A stretch of 64,000 nucleotides of DNA, taken from a virus. Made by a program: the position numbers and the translations under genes. The notes below the pieces were generated by a model. The model did not search any database. It saw only the letters and a list, made by a program, of their open reading frames with translations, and was not told the origin of the DNA. Of the stretch, positions 29,701 through 38,375 are shown in pieces (position 1 is the stretch's first letter; each line of letters begins with the position of its first letter). Location of the stretch: IMG/VR virus record IMGVR_UViG_3300009509_000001, positions 32,001 through 96,000 of that record, one strand, 5' to 3'.

Positions 29701-31075
29701 ACTCCTTCTTGGTCGCCACGCGGCTGCGGGCGGCCGTCAGACTGTCGACCCATTCTTCCTTGCCGGTCTTGGCATTGAACATTTTGGTGTAAAGCCGGCC
29801 ATCGTCGCCCTTTCGGACACCGTTGGCCAGGTACAGATCCAAACCGACGCGTAGAGATTCCACGCTGCGGACGGGGTCGACGAAGCCGGCAAAGCTGTCC
29901 TGTACCGCCCGAGTCTCGCTGGGAGCCGTGCGTACACCGCTGATCCCACCTTCGCCAATGCGGCTGATCTTCGTGCTCAGGTCGATGGCTGAAAAGGGAC
30001 TGCTCCCATCGATATAACTCGCATGACGTGACTCGTTGAATATTGCATCGACGTGTTTATTCATGGGAGCAGTCGGTATATCATCGAAATTACCGCGACG
30101 CGATATGCGCCACAGCAGATTCCGCGCTATGCCCCCACCGTCACGCACGATGCGCTCGGCGAAATAATCGGCGGGTCCGTCCACCTTCTGAAATTCAAGG
30201 CTGTCTCGATAATCCTCCCCGGCTTCTCCCCGGCTAAGCTTCAGGACCTTGCCGGCCGATTCCAGAAGAGTCTCGGGCGTGAGCCTCGGGTGTGGGCGTC
30301 CAAGCGTAATCTCGGTGGATACCGGGTCCAGCTCTGTACGCTGGAGCTTCTCGATGAGCTCGTCGTATTGGGCGGACTTGTCCTGCGCCGTTTTCGGTAT
30401 TCCACCCGTAAACCGCTGCGTCGGCTGCTGGATGTCGCTGGCACGTCGGTTGACGTCCAGGAGCTCGGCGCCCCACTGTTGTTTGATCTGATCGTCGGTC
30501 ATCCCCTGCCGTTTCAGGATCGTGTAAAGTTTGTAACCCCTTGTTCCCTGCTTGAGCCGGAATATGCCGGTCTTCGGGTCGAGCTCGATCTTGAACTGGC
30601 CGCCGGTACCCTGCTTCGGGTTTACGTGGGCCTCGAAAAAGCCGTTCTCCTTCTTGCGCGTGTATACGCCCGGCGTCAGTCTGAACATGTAGTTGATCGA
30701 CTGTTCGCTGCCGTTGCGGATGAAGGTTCCCCGTTCCGTCATCCACGGCACGTTCATGAGCACGCGCGGATTGCTCGTGGTGGTTTCCCCGGTCTCCTTG
30801 TTCGTTAGCTTCCAGCGACCGCGCAGCTTGGCGGTCACGCTGCCGTTCTGAAGCACGGCCTGCTTCTCGTCCCGGAGCCTGGGTTTGTATTCGTCGTAAT
30901 CGACACCGTCGACATCGAGCACGAAGCGTTCGTTCTCCAGCGGGAAACGCTGTCTGAACGCGCTTTTCGTGTTGTCGAGGATCCGTTGGCGCACCTGGGC
31001 GTAGTCCGTCGGGCTGTATGGCTTCGACTTTGCACCGACAACCGGATCCAGTAGACGGGTCTGGAAGTCCTGCAT
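26717..31075 (-). CDS. rpoBC: Phage multisubunit RNA polymerase, beta fused to N-terminal half of beta'
   Basis: 1452 aa. Beta motifs: GRNLRVAYMNWKGHAYEDAITISE, GDKMSSRYAAKGV, DVLLSPLGIISRVN, YRLMHMAEDK. Beta' motifs: GGLFDPKIFG, VPVLPPKFRP, NRAPTLH, catalytic YGMDFDGD (26990-27013), PRQQFVQGLYLAT. Confidence 0.95.
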   Translation of the reverse strand: MQDFQTRLLDPVVGAKSKPYSPTDYAQVRQRILDNTKSAFRQRFPLENERFVLDVDGVDYDEYKPRLRDEKQAVLQNGSVTAKLRGRWKLTNKETGETTTSNPRVLMNVPWMTERGTFIRNGSEQSINYMFRLTPGVYTRKKENGFFEAHVNPKQGTGGQFKIELDPKTGIFRLKQGTRGYKLYTILKRQGMTDDQIKQQWGAELLDVNRRASDIQQPTQRFTGGIPKTAQDKSAQYDELIEKLQRTELDPVSTEITLGRPHPRLTPETLLESAGKVLKLSRGEAGEDYRDSLEFQKVDGPADYFAERIVRDGGGIARNLLWRISRRGNFDDIPTAPMNKHVDAIFNESRHASYIDGSSPFSAIDLSTKISRIGEGGISGVRTAPSETRAVQDSFAGFVDPVRSVESLRVGLDLYLANGVRKGDDGRLYTKMFNAKTGKEEWVDSLTAARSRVATKKEFDAKGKFVPAIHGSKGVKIVPKQDVDYYIMDDSNMFSKGSNSVPGKSGIMSNRLQMGGKYGVQAMPLAQREAPLVRSRQGTSTAEEDIGQMMGVRKSTIKGTVAAMDADSITIRGPEGTETYDLYNNHPFNQKGYLRSIPQVKVGDEVKPNQVLATTNYTDDKGVAAQGRNLRVAYMNWKGHAYEDAITISESAAKKLAAEKMYKQRVPVSTNTAFDKKEFIGKFSGRFTKDQMDTLTDQGIVKPGTVLRKGDPMIVAVRHNEAKPGSLGRKTRTAVVETWDHDYEGKVVEADKGDKHATVYTRANVPMRNGDKMSSRYAAKGVVNILPDNEMPLDKDGNPYDVLLSPLGIISRVNPMQVTEALAGKLARKTGKPEIVEGFDEKMIDKYEEKLKQAGLSANEDLYDPVTGRKIPEVLTGEAFYYRLMHMAEDKGKGRGVGPSSGEDTPLRGGKHGSKFIGGLHTSALVSHGAMKVLKDAKLIRGQANDEFWRDFRMGRVPKMPSTPIVNKKFYEHLKGAGINVDEQPDRINFFGMTDRQAKDLAKGHELGVARTFDQKTMKPIDGGLFDPKIFGDDGTGWGYIQLDEPLPNPVMEPALASVLGMTQKKFNAVMSGEEAIGDKTGGAAIQAALAKIDMKAAVKGAMEDLKGSTPSKKDKALKRYRFLKSMEEQDVHPKDFMMERVPVLPPKFRPVTQLDGTNITADANMLYRSLVFARDDMRSARERLPDSSIKGARKQMYNTYKALTGMYDPDDAKLQEKNVQGLLKWALGKGSAKYGGYHRRVLGTAMNLAGSGVVTPNPSMPLNKIGIPIKDAWDVFEPFVVRNMVKSGYAPTDAIKRVKDRDQKAESFLYEAVKERPVIVNRAPTLHKYGVMAFEPVLVKGKSVQVSPSIVEPYGMDFDGDSVTYYAPVSKEAVEEARAKMTPEANLLSPRDFTAHYVPRQQFVQGLYLATRPGKGQAKRTFRTMREAQEAFNAGEIDIDTPIVILEKSKA

Positions 31076-31076
31076 A

Positions 31077-32057
31077 CTACACCACCGCTACGTTGCGAGC
31101 CAACGTGTCCGTCGGGTCGATGATCTGGTCCTCGAGAGCTCCGGCACTCGCACCCTGGTCGATGAGATTGACGCTGCGTGGCCGGACCTTCTTTTTCTTG
31201 TTTATATGCGCGTCGAGCTTGGCCTTTATGCGCGGGTCGATAGCGCCGATGAGTACCGGCGGACGCTCCTGCAAGGCCATGCGCTCGGCCGCCTTTTCAG
31301 CCGCCTTTATGCGCTGCCGGTTGGGATCGCGCTCGTCGGCCCACTGCTTGGTAAGCACGGCGCCGCCGGCGAAAGCCGTCACGCCCAGCAACGCCAATGC
31401 GGCCTGGAGCGATCCCATGGTAGATGACTGTCCCGGGTCCTTGATGCCGAGGATGAGGCGCTGGGCAAACGTCGGGCGCTGGCGATCTTCGGCTTCCTTC
31501 TCGATCAGGTCCCGGGTGATCCCGGCGGCCTGCTCGGCCCGTTCCTTACCGTAGTCGCGGAGCGACGGGTCCGGGCTGATGACCGGCATTCCGGCCTGTA
31601 CGGACGCTTCGAGCCTGCGGTTGCCCTTCTGGGCCTCCTGCTTGCGCTCGAGCGCGCTGAGAAGATACTTGATCCCGAAGGCGCCGCCGCCGTAGAGCCC
31701 TGCCATGAGCATGGCTTTCGTCAGCATCTTCTGATCGAAGGTCGCATCTTTTCCGGCGGCCCGCATGAAGCCTGGCACCGGAGTGTCTTCGACGCCGAAC
31801 GGAAGAGCGGCCGCCTTCACGTAATCGCCAATTCCGGCCGTTTTGCGAACTGTACTCATAAGCTCGAGATTGACCTTGCCGAGCTTGTTCATATTCTCTT
31901 CAATGCGTTTCTGCCGCTCACGCTTCGCACGTATATCGGCGAGCTTGTTGGCCAGGGTAAAGCCACCGTAGCTGCTGATTGCCATGGCCGCGATCGGAAG
32001 GACGAACTGCATCGACTCAAGGTCTGCCTGCTTTTTGATCATATCTTCATTCGGCAC
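31077..32057 (-). CDS. Membrane-type internal virion protein
   Basis: 326 aa; three hydrophobic Gly/Ala segments; IKKQA, VRKTA, IEKEA. Confidence 0.65.
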   Translation of the reverse strand: MPNEDMIKKQADLESMQFVLPIAAMAISSYGGFTLANKLADIRAKRERQKRIEENMNKLGKVNLELMSTVRKTAGIGDYVKAAALPFGVEDTPVPGFMRAAGKDATFDQKMLTKAMLMAGLYGGGAFGIKYLLSALERKQEAQKGNRRLEASVQAGMPVISPDPSLRDYGKERAEQAAGITRDLIEKEAEDRQRPTFAQRLILGIKDPGQSSTMGSLQAALALLGVTAFAGGAVLTKQWADERDPNRQRIKAAEKAAERMALQERPPVLIGAIDPRIKAKLDAHINKKKKVRPRSVNLIDQGASAGALEDQIIDPTDTLARNVAVV

Positions 32058-32373
32058 GGGTCGTGTCCTCCGGTTGAATATATTTGAAACTTATGGTTCT
32101 TAAAAGTATCTTCCAGGTCTCGAGCCTGGGGACCCACTGCTTTTCTTCGAACGAGATGTGGGTCCAGCCCTTGGCTACCTCGTCGATTATCCGGTTATAA
32201 GCCTTTATGTCTTCGGCATCGCTCATGACGAACACCTGCAGTTTCGTCGTGTGCACCCGACGCGGCCGCATACGTGGCGGATCGTCGTTCTTCAGATTAA
32301 GTGCCGGCCCTTCGTAGGGCAGCCCTTCGTACATCCCGCGAATGTACGTCATTCCTGGTTCTGGTGTACTCAT
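32047..32373 (-). CDS. Hypothetical protein
   Basis: 108 aa; overlaps both neighbours. Confidence 0.65.
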   Translation of the reverse strand: MSTPEPGMTYIRGMYEGLPYEGPALNLKNDDPPRMRPRRVHTTKLQVFVMSDAEDIKAYNRIIDEVAKGWTHISFEEKQWVPRLETWKILLRTISFKYIQPEDTTRAE

Positions 32374-32696
32374 ACAAACATATCGCGCCGGCGCGATTCA
32401 TCCTGCTGTTGTCTCTTTCGTTCGATCAGCTTGCGTTTCAACGCCTGCATCTGACGCTGGCGCAGTGCGAGCTGTTCCCGCACGGTCGCGTCGACGACGC
32501 GTTCCTGCAAAGCTTCCTTGTCGCTGTCGGTCGGAGAACTCATCTTCGACGCCAGATAGCCGAACGCCGCACCGCCGACGAGCGGGACGCCGACCAGGTA
32601 AGGTCCGATACTGCCGAGGCCCTCGCCGATGCCTTCGATGGCGTCGCCCCAGCCGAACTTGGCTTTCTTATGCATGAAAGTGGTGAACTTGTCCAT
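32370..32696 (-). CDS. Small membrane/coiled-coil internal virion protein
   Basis: 108 aa; MHKKA, then GPYLVGVPLVGGAAFGYLA, then coiled coil; AGGAG SD. Confidence 0.7.
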   Translation of the reverse strand: MDKFTTFMHKKAKFGWGDAIEGIGEGLGSIGPYLVGVPLVGGAAFGYLASKMSSPTDSDKEALQERVVDATVREQLALRQRQMQALKRKLIERKRQQQDESRRRDMFV

Positions 32697-32705
32697 GTGC
32701 TTCTC

Positions 32706-33560
32706 CTATGAAATTAAACCGGTCGTACGCAATGCTCCGGCCAGTCCGCCGGTTACGCTGGCAATGCGCGTAACGTCCTTCGGCAATGCGAAAATGTTTC
32801 CAAGCGCGTAGGCCGTCACGGCGGCACCTGCAAATCCGAGGCCCGCCCGGATCGCGCCGTTGGTCAGGTCAGCCATGCTGGTGTTCCCGCTGCGTCTGTC
32901 CGAGCTCGTATTGTCGAATATGGTGCCGATAGCGGCCTTCTGACCACTGGTCAGGAATCTGTCGTTGGCCACGATCTCTTTGGCGTGATCCAGCGGTATG
33001 ACATCCATGGACATCACCGCCTGATTGCTCGCATCGCCCATACCACCTAACATAGCCGTTTTTTGAATAGGTTTCAACGCTGCAGTCTTCTGCCGATCCC
33101 GATCCATGTAGTTCCAACGGGTCATACTCTTCCACGGATGCTTAGTGTCCAGATTGCTGGCCACGCTCAGCCCGCCGGCTCCAAGAGCTGCGATGAGCGC
33201 CAACCGCCTGCGGAACTTCGAGATCTCCTCGTCGGTGACCGGCTGTGCGCCCATCCCGGGGACCATCTGTGCTCCACGGCCCATGAGCCGCGCTATGATC
33301 GGCGCAGCCAGATAAGCACCGCCACCAGCAACCGTAGCTGCGGCCAAGGCGCTTCCCGCCGGGTTTACCGTGTACTTTTTCCACTTCTTGTACGGAACCG
33401 TCCAGTCGGCATTGCTGAGAATGTTGCCGCCACTGGAGGCGCCGGCGCTTGCGTCGTATTCCTTACTGGGGCCGGCGTCGCGACTCTTCAGGTCGGTCGT
33501 CGGTCCTTTGGGCTTCTGTGCCAGCGGGACTTTCTTATCTTTTTTAACGGTTACTGCCAT
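32706..33560 (-). CDS. Glycine-zipper internal virion protein
   Basis: Start at MAVTVKK (33560); several Gly/Ala hydrophobic helices; IQKTA. Confidence 0.65.
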   Translation of the reverse strand: MAVTVKKDKKVPLAQKPKGPTTDLKSRDAGPSKEYDASAGASSGGNILSNADWTVPYKKWKKYTVNPAGSALAAATVAGGGAYLAAPIIARLMGRGAQMVPGMGAQPVTDEEISKFRRRLALIAALGAGGLSVASNLDTKHPWKSMTRWNYMDRDRQKTAALKPIQKTAMLGGMGDASNQAVMSMDVIPLDHAKEIVANDRFLTSGQKAAIGTIFDNTSSDRRSGNTSMADLTNGAIRAGLGFAGAAVTAYALGNIFALPKDVTRIASVTGGLAGALRTTGLIS

Positions 33561-33562
33561 GG

Positions 33563-34363
33563 TCACACCCGCATATTGTTCATGAAGTTGGTGAATGCAC
33601 TGCCGCGCTGTGGCTGCGGCCGTCTGAAATTCCTGTTCGCCGCCCACCAGTTGGGGTTCTGCGGGTTCTGCTGTGCCTGGGCCTGCTGCTGCGGTTTGTC
33701 TCCGCCGAACAGACCTCCGGCCAGGAGCAGACCGCCGGCGCCGATCGCCAGCTTGCCCCAGTTGCCCTTCATCCAGTCGCCGATCTTTTTGTTGCGCTCG
33801 GTCTTATACTTGTCGTAGGCTCCCTTGGTGCCTGACATGAAGCCCTGGTTGAACTGCTTGGACACTTCCAGATCCGGATCAATGGCTTTACTGGGCTGCG
33901 CCGGCTGCGCCCCATCGTTCATGCCGAACATGCCCTTGACCATCTGTTTGCCTCTTTCGGCGGCGTCCACCACAGTGTTCACCGCAGGGGCTGCCGTAGT
34001 CGCCATCCGGTATTTCGGATCGCTCTCGGACATGATGCGCCGGTCTTCCGGGCTGAACTGTATCCGACGTTGCTCGGGCGTTAGCGTGCGCAGATAGTTT
34101 CCGTAGGATTCGATCTCCTGAGCGCGTCCACCGCCGGTAAGCCCTTCCCACACGCCCTTGCCCTGGACGTATCCGGTTACAAGTTTGCGTCCGGCCGCTG
34201 CACCTATCTGGTTCGCTTCTGCCGGGGTCTTGCCGGCCTTCAGCGCCGCCGCTCTGGCTCGCACGGTAGCGCTCGCCGCCTGCTGCCGCAGGGCGTTCAT
34301 GCGCTTGATCTGCTCGGGCGACATGCCCTGGGCCGTTTTCAGCAATGCTTCTTTAAGATGCAC
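33563..34363 (-). CDS. Putative internal virion protein
   Basis: 266 aa; LLKTA; C-terminal LAIGAGGLLLAGGLFGG. Confidence 0.65.
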   Translation of the reverse strand: MHLKEALLKTAQGMSPEQIKRMNALRQQAASATVRARAAALKAGKTPAEANQIGAAAGRKLVTGYVQGKGVWEGLTGGGRAQEIESYGNYLRTLTPEQRRIQFSPEDRRIMSESDPKYRMATTAAPAVNTVVDAAERGKQMVKGMFGMNDGAQPAQPSKAIDPDLEVSKQFNQGFMSGTKGAYDKYKTERNKKIGDWMKGNWGKLAIGAGGLLLAGGLFGGDKPQQQAQAQQNPQNPNWWAANRNFRRPQPQRGSAFTNFMNNMRV

Positions 34364-34375
34364 GGGACGCTCTAG

Positions 34376-35830
34376 TTAAAGGGTTGGTTTTTTCTTGACC
34401 AGCGGCGGTTGCCCGGCGACCACCTGTTTGGGTTCTTCCGGCTTCTTGGTCTTCGACAAAATCTGTTCAGCGCCGCTTAGGAGTTGCGGGTTCGTCTCAC
34501 CGCTGGCCGCCCGCTTGGCGTCCTGCCGCGCCTTGAACCGCTGCCCGGGCGTCAGCTCGGTATCCGTCGAAGCCACCGCAGGTGTCGCGGGTGTCACCGG
34601 CTTCTCGGCAGTCGGGGCATTCCTGCGCGCCTGAACGAGCTGCTGGTGCTGCTGCATGGTAAGTGGTGACAGTCCGGCGCCTTGGCGCTGCTTGTTGGCT
34701 TCCGCCAACGTGCTTTCAGTCGGATAAACCACTCTTCCACCGACGTTCATGCTGCCGGCAATGGCTTCTTGATTTATCTTTGACGCTTTGTCCCATGTCG
34801 ATGCGTCAGCAGGCCCGAAAATCTTCGCCCCGCCGGCATTCACATGCTCCTGGAACTGTGCGTCGGTCATATTGCTGTCGGCGAGCTCCTTCGGCATCAT
34901 GTAAATGTTGCCCTGAAATTCGACCGGCCGATCGTTGGCGCTCGGCTGATATGCGTCGGTGGTAGCGGCTGCGGCCTGCTCGGGCTTCTGCACGGTCTCG
35001 GGCTGCTTCGTCATGGCGGCCTCCACCTCGGGGTTCAGCATGGACGTGCGCTTAGCTTCTTCAGCCACTGCTTCGCCCTTTTTAAGCTCCTCGGCTTGCT
35101 GCCTGGCTGCGCGCTCGGCCCGTGCACGCTCTACGTCGGCGCGGGAAATGGGTGGGGTGGACGCGATGGTTTCCGCTGCCACGGGCGGTTTCGCGGTCTG
35201 CCCCGTAGTCTGAACGGCATCGGTACCCTTCGTGACGTCGTCGGCCTGCGGCTCGTTCTGGACGCGTTCCTGCGTAGTTCCCGGGTTTTTGATGGTGGTG
35301 TTGATATGGTCCTGCATGACGGCCCGGTCTTCTTCGCTGGCACCGGGGACAGCCGTATCAATGGCACTGTCCATCGCGGTCTCCATGTCCTTCGGCAACC
35401 AGCCGAACTCACGAGCGGCGTACATGCCGAGCCCCGCGATAAGTCCACCGATAGCAGCACCCTTGGCTCCGCCGAAGGCTCCACCGACCAGTGCGCCGAT
35501 AATGGCGCCGCCGACGCCGGCACCGACAGTGTATCGATTGATCTTGGCACCACCAAGAGCCTCGCGCATACCGCCTTCCAGCGCGGTCTTCGCCCACTCG
35601 GCCTTTATGGCCGCCTGCTCCTCGGGAGTCTTGTCCTTCAGCTTTTCGCCGATCTCCCGGTCGTGCTTGGCCTTCCAGTATTCGCCGGTCTTCAGCGGGT
35701 TCAGGGCGTCCTCCGGATTCTGCAGGGGCTTCTCCAGCCACTGGTTGAACTGCTGCCCGATGTCCCCTGGTTCGGCCGTCTTACGAAGCCCTTCACGGGC
35801 CGCTCTCAAATCTGCTTTGGTGACGCTCAT
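34376..35830 (-). CDS. Glycine-zipper internal virion/ejection protein
   Basis: 484 aa; LRKTA; GAGVGGAIIGALVGGAFGGAKGAAIGGLIAGLG; long disordered tail. Confidence 0.65.
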   Translation of the reverse strand: MSVTKADLRAAREGLRKTAEPGDIGQQFNQWLEKPLQNPEDALNPLKTGEYWKAKHDREIGEKLKDKTPEEQAAIKAEWAKTALEGGMREALGGAKINRYTVGAGVGGAIIGALVGGAFGGAKGAAIGGLIAGLGMYAAREFGWLPKDMETAMDSAIDTAVPGASEEDRAVMQDHINTTIKNPGTTQERVQNEPQADDVTKGTDAVQTTGQTAKPPVAAETIASTPPISRADVERARAERAARQQAEELKKGEAVAEEAKRTSMLNPEVEAAMTKQPETVQKPEQAAAATTDAYQPSANDRPVEFQGNIYMMPKELADSNMTDAQFQEHVNAGGAKIFGPADASTWDKASKINQEAIAGSMNVGGRVVYPTESTLAEANKQRQGAGLSPLTMQQHQQLVQARRNAPTAEKPVTPATPAVASTDTELTPGQRFKARQDAKRAASGETNPQLLSGAEQILSKTKKPEEPKQVVAGQPPLVKKKPTL

Positions 35831-35839
35831 GATCGACTC

Positions 35840-36322
35840 CTAGTTTGAACCCGGAGCGCTTAGCATCCAGTTGGTGTCCATAGCCTGCTGCTTGGCTTCG
35901 GCCACGCGTTGATCGTTCATATCGCGAACCTCGTTCTGAAGCTGGTTCGCCTTGATGAATTCCTTCTGGGCCTTGGCCACGTTCTGGGCCGCCTTGCCCT
36001 TCTGCTGGAGCCGTGCGGCCGCTTCGTTGGTCTGCTCGGTCTGCTGCTCGAACGCCTGCTTTTCCTTTTCCTGCTGCGCCATCTGCGCCTGCTGAGCCTG
36101 CATCTGGTTCGAGCGCTGGGACATGTTCATGGGAGTGGCCGACGGCATCGGTGCGGCCTGGGCCGGCATGGTACTCGCTGCAGCGCCCATCGACGGGTTC
36201 TGCGGCATGGTTGCCGGGGCGGAAGGCGCCTGTGCGGCGGATTGTGGTTGCTGCACGGCAGCTAGTTTACGCAACGCCGCTACACCTACGGCGGCTTCCA
36301 ATTTAGGGTCGAGCATGGTCAA
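35840..36322 (-). CDS. Gln/Ala-rich coiled-coil protein
   Basis: 160 aa; LRKLA; AGGAGG SD. Confidence 0.7.
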   Translation of the reverse strand: MTMLDPKLEAAVGVAALRKLAAVQQPQSAAQAPSAPATMPQNPSMGAAASTMPAQAAPMPSATPMNMSQRSNQMQAQQAQMAQQEKEKQAFEQQTEQTNEAAARLQQKGKAAQNVAKAQKEFIKANQLQNEVRDMNDQRVAEAKQQAMDTNWMLSAPGSN

Positions 36323-36364
36323 GCCTCCTGAATTTTTTCATAAATATTACTATATCACCGGGAG

Positions 36365-38224
36365 CTACATCATGCCACCCTGGGCCTTTGCCTGGGTGAG
36401 TGCTTGCGACTGCACTCCCTGCTCCATTTTCTGCAATTCCTCTTTGACGAGTGCGCTCATGGTCGGGTCCGTCTTGTTCAGGTTCGCGAGCTGACTCTGA
36501 CGGTCAGGTGCAGAGAATACCTGCTGCGCGAATGCGGCCGCATCGGCCTGCATCTGATCCAGTGTCGGTGGTCCGCCACCGCCAACCGGCATTCCGGGTG
36601 CGGGCGCTCCGCCGGCCGCAGGCATTACGCCGCCGGCCGCTGGTGGTGCCGCTTCGCCCTGCGGAAGCCCCATGTTGGCCTGCGCCGCGTTCGGCGGGAT
36701 CTGCCCGGGTGGCGCCATCTGGACGTATTCGTCCAGCATCTGGGCCTTGGACTCCTTGGCGTTCTCTTCGCGTGCGTCGTCGGCCATTTGGCGACGTTCC
36801 TCCTTGAGGCGCTCGCGCTCGATCTCCGGATCGATGTGGAAAGCTTTGAGGGCCGTGGTCTGCGAGACGACGCCGGCGCTGGCCAGATTCAATTTGACCT
36901 GCTTGGTGACGTCGTCTTCCGCGATCGACACATAGACCAGGCGGCCGTGAATCTCTTTCCAGCCGATCTGTTCGCTGCAGGCTTCGAGATACCAGTTTAT
37001 CCAGGTCGAGATCGGATCGGTGAAATGGCTCCAGCTGCGTTCGAAGGCTCTGAGGCCGATCGGTGGTCCGTTGACGGAAGCGAAGCTGCTGCGGTAGAAT
37101 TCGGTGGCCACGCCCATCGTGGTCAAAAGCTGGTCGTATCGGCGCTCGATCTGCTCGGCCGGGGTGATGCTCTGGCCTTCACCGCCGGCGATGTTGTAAT
37201 CGACGGGGGCCGGCAGCGTGTGCCAGCCGGTCGGATCGCTCTTGTGACGGCTGATCATGGCCTTCACGTTGCCCATGAAGTTCTGCATGCCGAAAGTCTG
37301 CAGCGGGTCGACGCCACCCTTGGTGGTGGCTGGCGTCAGATAACGGAGCGGGACGATCCAGTCGCTGGCGATGGCTTCGTCGAAACGCTCGAGCATCTGA
37401 AGCTGCACGACCTGACTGAAACAGCTCATGAACAGGGGTATTCCCCACCCGTCGTTAAGCCTGAATCCGCCTGCGGCCGGTTCGATCGAAAGGTGCTTGA
37501 AGGTCTCCGGGTCGAACCGAAGTCGTGTGCGGTCCTTGACAGCCTCGATGAACTCCCATGGAATGGAGCATAGCGACAAGTGGTCGCCCTTCTGGATCTT
37601 GCCGGCGCTTCGGCCGTCGATCCGCAGATAGAACTCGCGGCGGCCGCTCAGGCGGCAGAAATCGATCTCGACGTCGCGTGGGTCCCAGCGGATGACGACG
37701 AGCCCGCTCTTGTGGCTCTTGTCCTGTGAATCCTTGCGCTTATGTGCGCCGTGAAAGCCGCACGCTGGACAGGTGGACAGAAATTCATAGCCGGCCGACC
37801 ATTTGTAGTCGATGTCGGGCTTGAGTTTTTCGAGCACGCGGGTCATTCCGCACTCCGGACACTGGATGGACCGGTTGATGGGAAGCGTCAGACTGGTAAA
37901 GCTGTTGCCGAACCCGATAAGGTCGTCACCGACCAGACCGGCGTTCTCCAGGATGTTGAAGTCGCGATGGAGCTGGAGCGTGTAGTCCTTCCGCTCCGCG
38001 ACGCTCAGGTCCTCCCCATAGATCTCGAGTTCGTTCAGGAAATATCGAATGGACCGTTTGATGGCCATCGTATAGACGCCGTGACGATTCCACAGCCATT
38101 CCGCCCACTGAAGGACCTCGTCCATCGTGCGCGGGTATATGAGATTGGCGTAGGTTCTAAACGGATTCGCTACGCCCGTTGAGTCCAGGTCCCTTTTGTC
38201 GTATGGATTCAGCTCTATTGGCAT
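36365..38224 (-). CDS. Portal protein with zinc-ribbon insertion
   Basis: 619 aa; DDLIGFGNSF, W.P..V, WGIPLFMSC and ASAGVVSQTTAL motifs typical of portals; CPECG...CPACG insert; M/P/G/Q-rich tail; heads the head module. Confidence 0.75.
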   Translation of the reverse strand: MPIELNPYDKRDLDSTGVANPFRTYANLIYPRTMDEVLQWAEWLWNRHGVYTMAIKRSIRYFLNELEIYGEDLSVAERKDYTLQLHRDFNILENAGLVGDDLIGFGNSFTSLTLPINRSIQCPECGMTRVLEKLKPDIDYKWSAGYEFLSTCPACGFHGAHKRKDSQDKSHKSGLVVIRWDPRDVEIDFCRLSGRREFYLRIDGRSAGKIQKGDHLSLCSIPWEFIEAVKDRTRLRFDPETFKHLSIEPAAGGFRLNDGWGIPLFMSCFSQVVQLQMLERFDEAIASDWIVPLRYLTPATTKGGVDPLQTFGMQNFMGNVKAMISRHKSDPTGWHTLPAPVDYNIAGGEGQSITPAEQIERRYDQLLTTMGVATEFYRSSFASVNGPPIGLRAFERSWSHFTDPISTWINWYLEACSEQIGWKEIHGRLVYVSIAEDDVTKQVKLNLASAGVVSQTTALKAFHIDPEIERERLKEERRQMADDAREENAKESKAQMLDEYVQMAPPGQIPPNAAQANMGLPQGEAAPPAAGGVMPAAGGAPAPGMPVGGGGPPTLDQMQADAAAFAQQVFSAPDRQSQLANLNKTDPTMSALVKEELQKMEQGVQSQALTQAKAQGGMM

Positions 38225-38375
38225 GGATGTCTCCTGTAGCCGCTATGGATGTCAGATTGTCGTCACCGGAATCACGGCACGCCCCGCAGACCGGCACCGA
38301 TTCAAAGCCGGAGACGGCCGGGTTCTTGCGACATCTGCAGCAAACGATCCGCTCACTGCTGTTTTTCTTAATCAT
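38157..38375 (-). CDS. Small Zn-finger-like protein
   Basis: CCRC...VCGAC; overlaps the portal start by 68 nt, so uncertain. Confidence 0.45.
   Translation of the reverse strand: MIKKNSSERIVCCRCRKNPAVSGFESVPVCGACRDSGDDNLTSIAATGDIHANRAESIRQKGPGLNGRSESV

Noticed and set aside
23410-31075. A host chromosomal rpoBC operon
   Set aside because: There are no ribosomal-protein neighbours; the genes sit among portal, protease and capsid genes, are strongly reduced and lack the zinc-binding domain.
1846-35848. Long + strand ORFs (1846..3771, 6351..8006, 14271..15230, 21276..23468, 26615..27937, 34844..35848)
   Set aside because: They lie antisense to well-supported minus-strand genes, lack SD sites and recognisable motifs, and are expected shadows of GC-rich codon usage.
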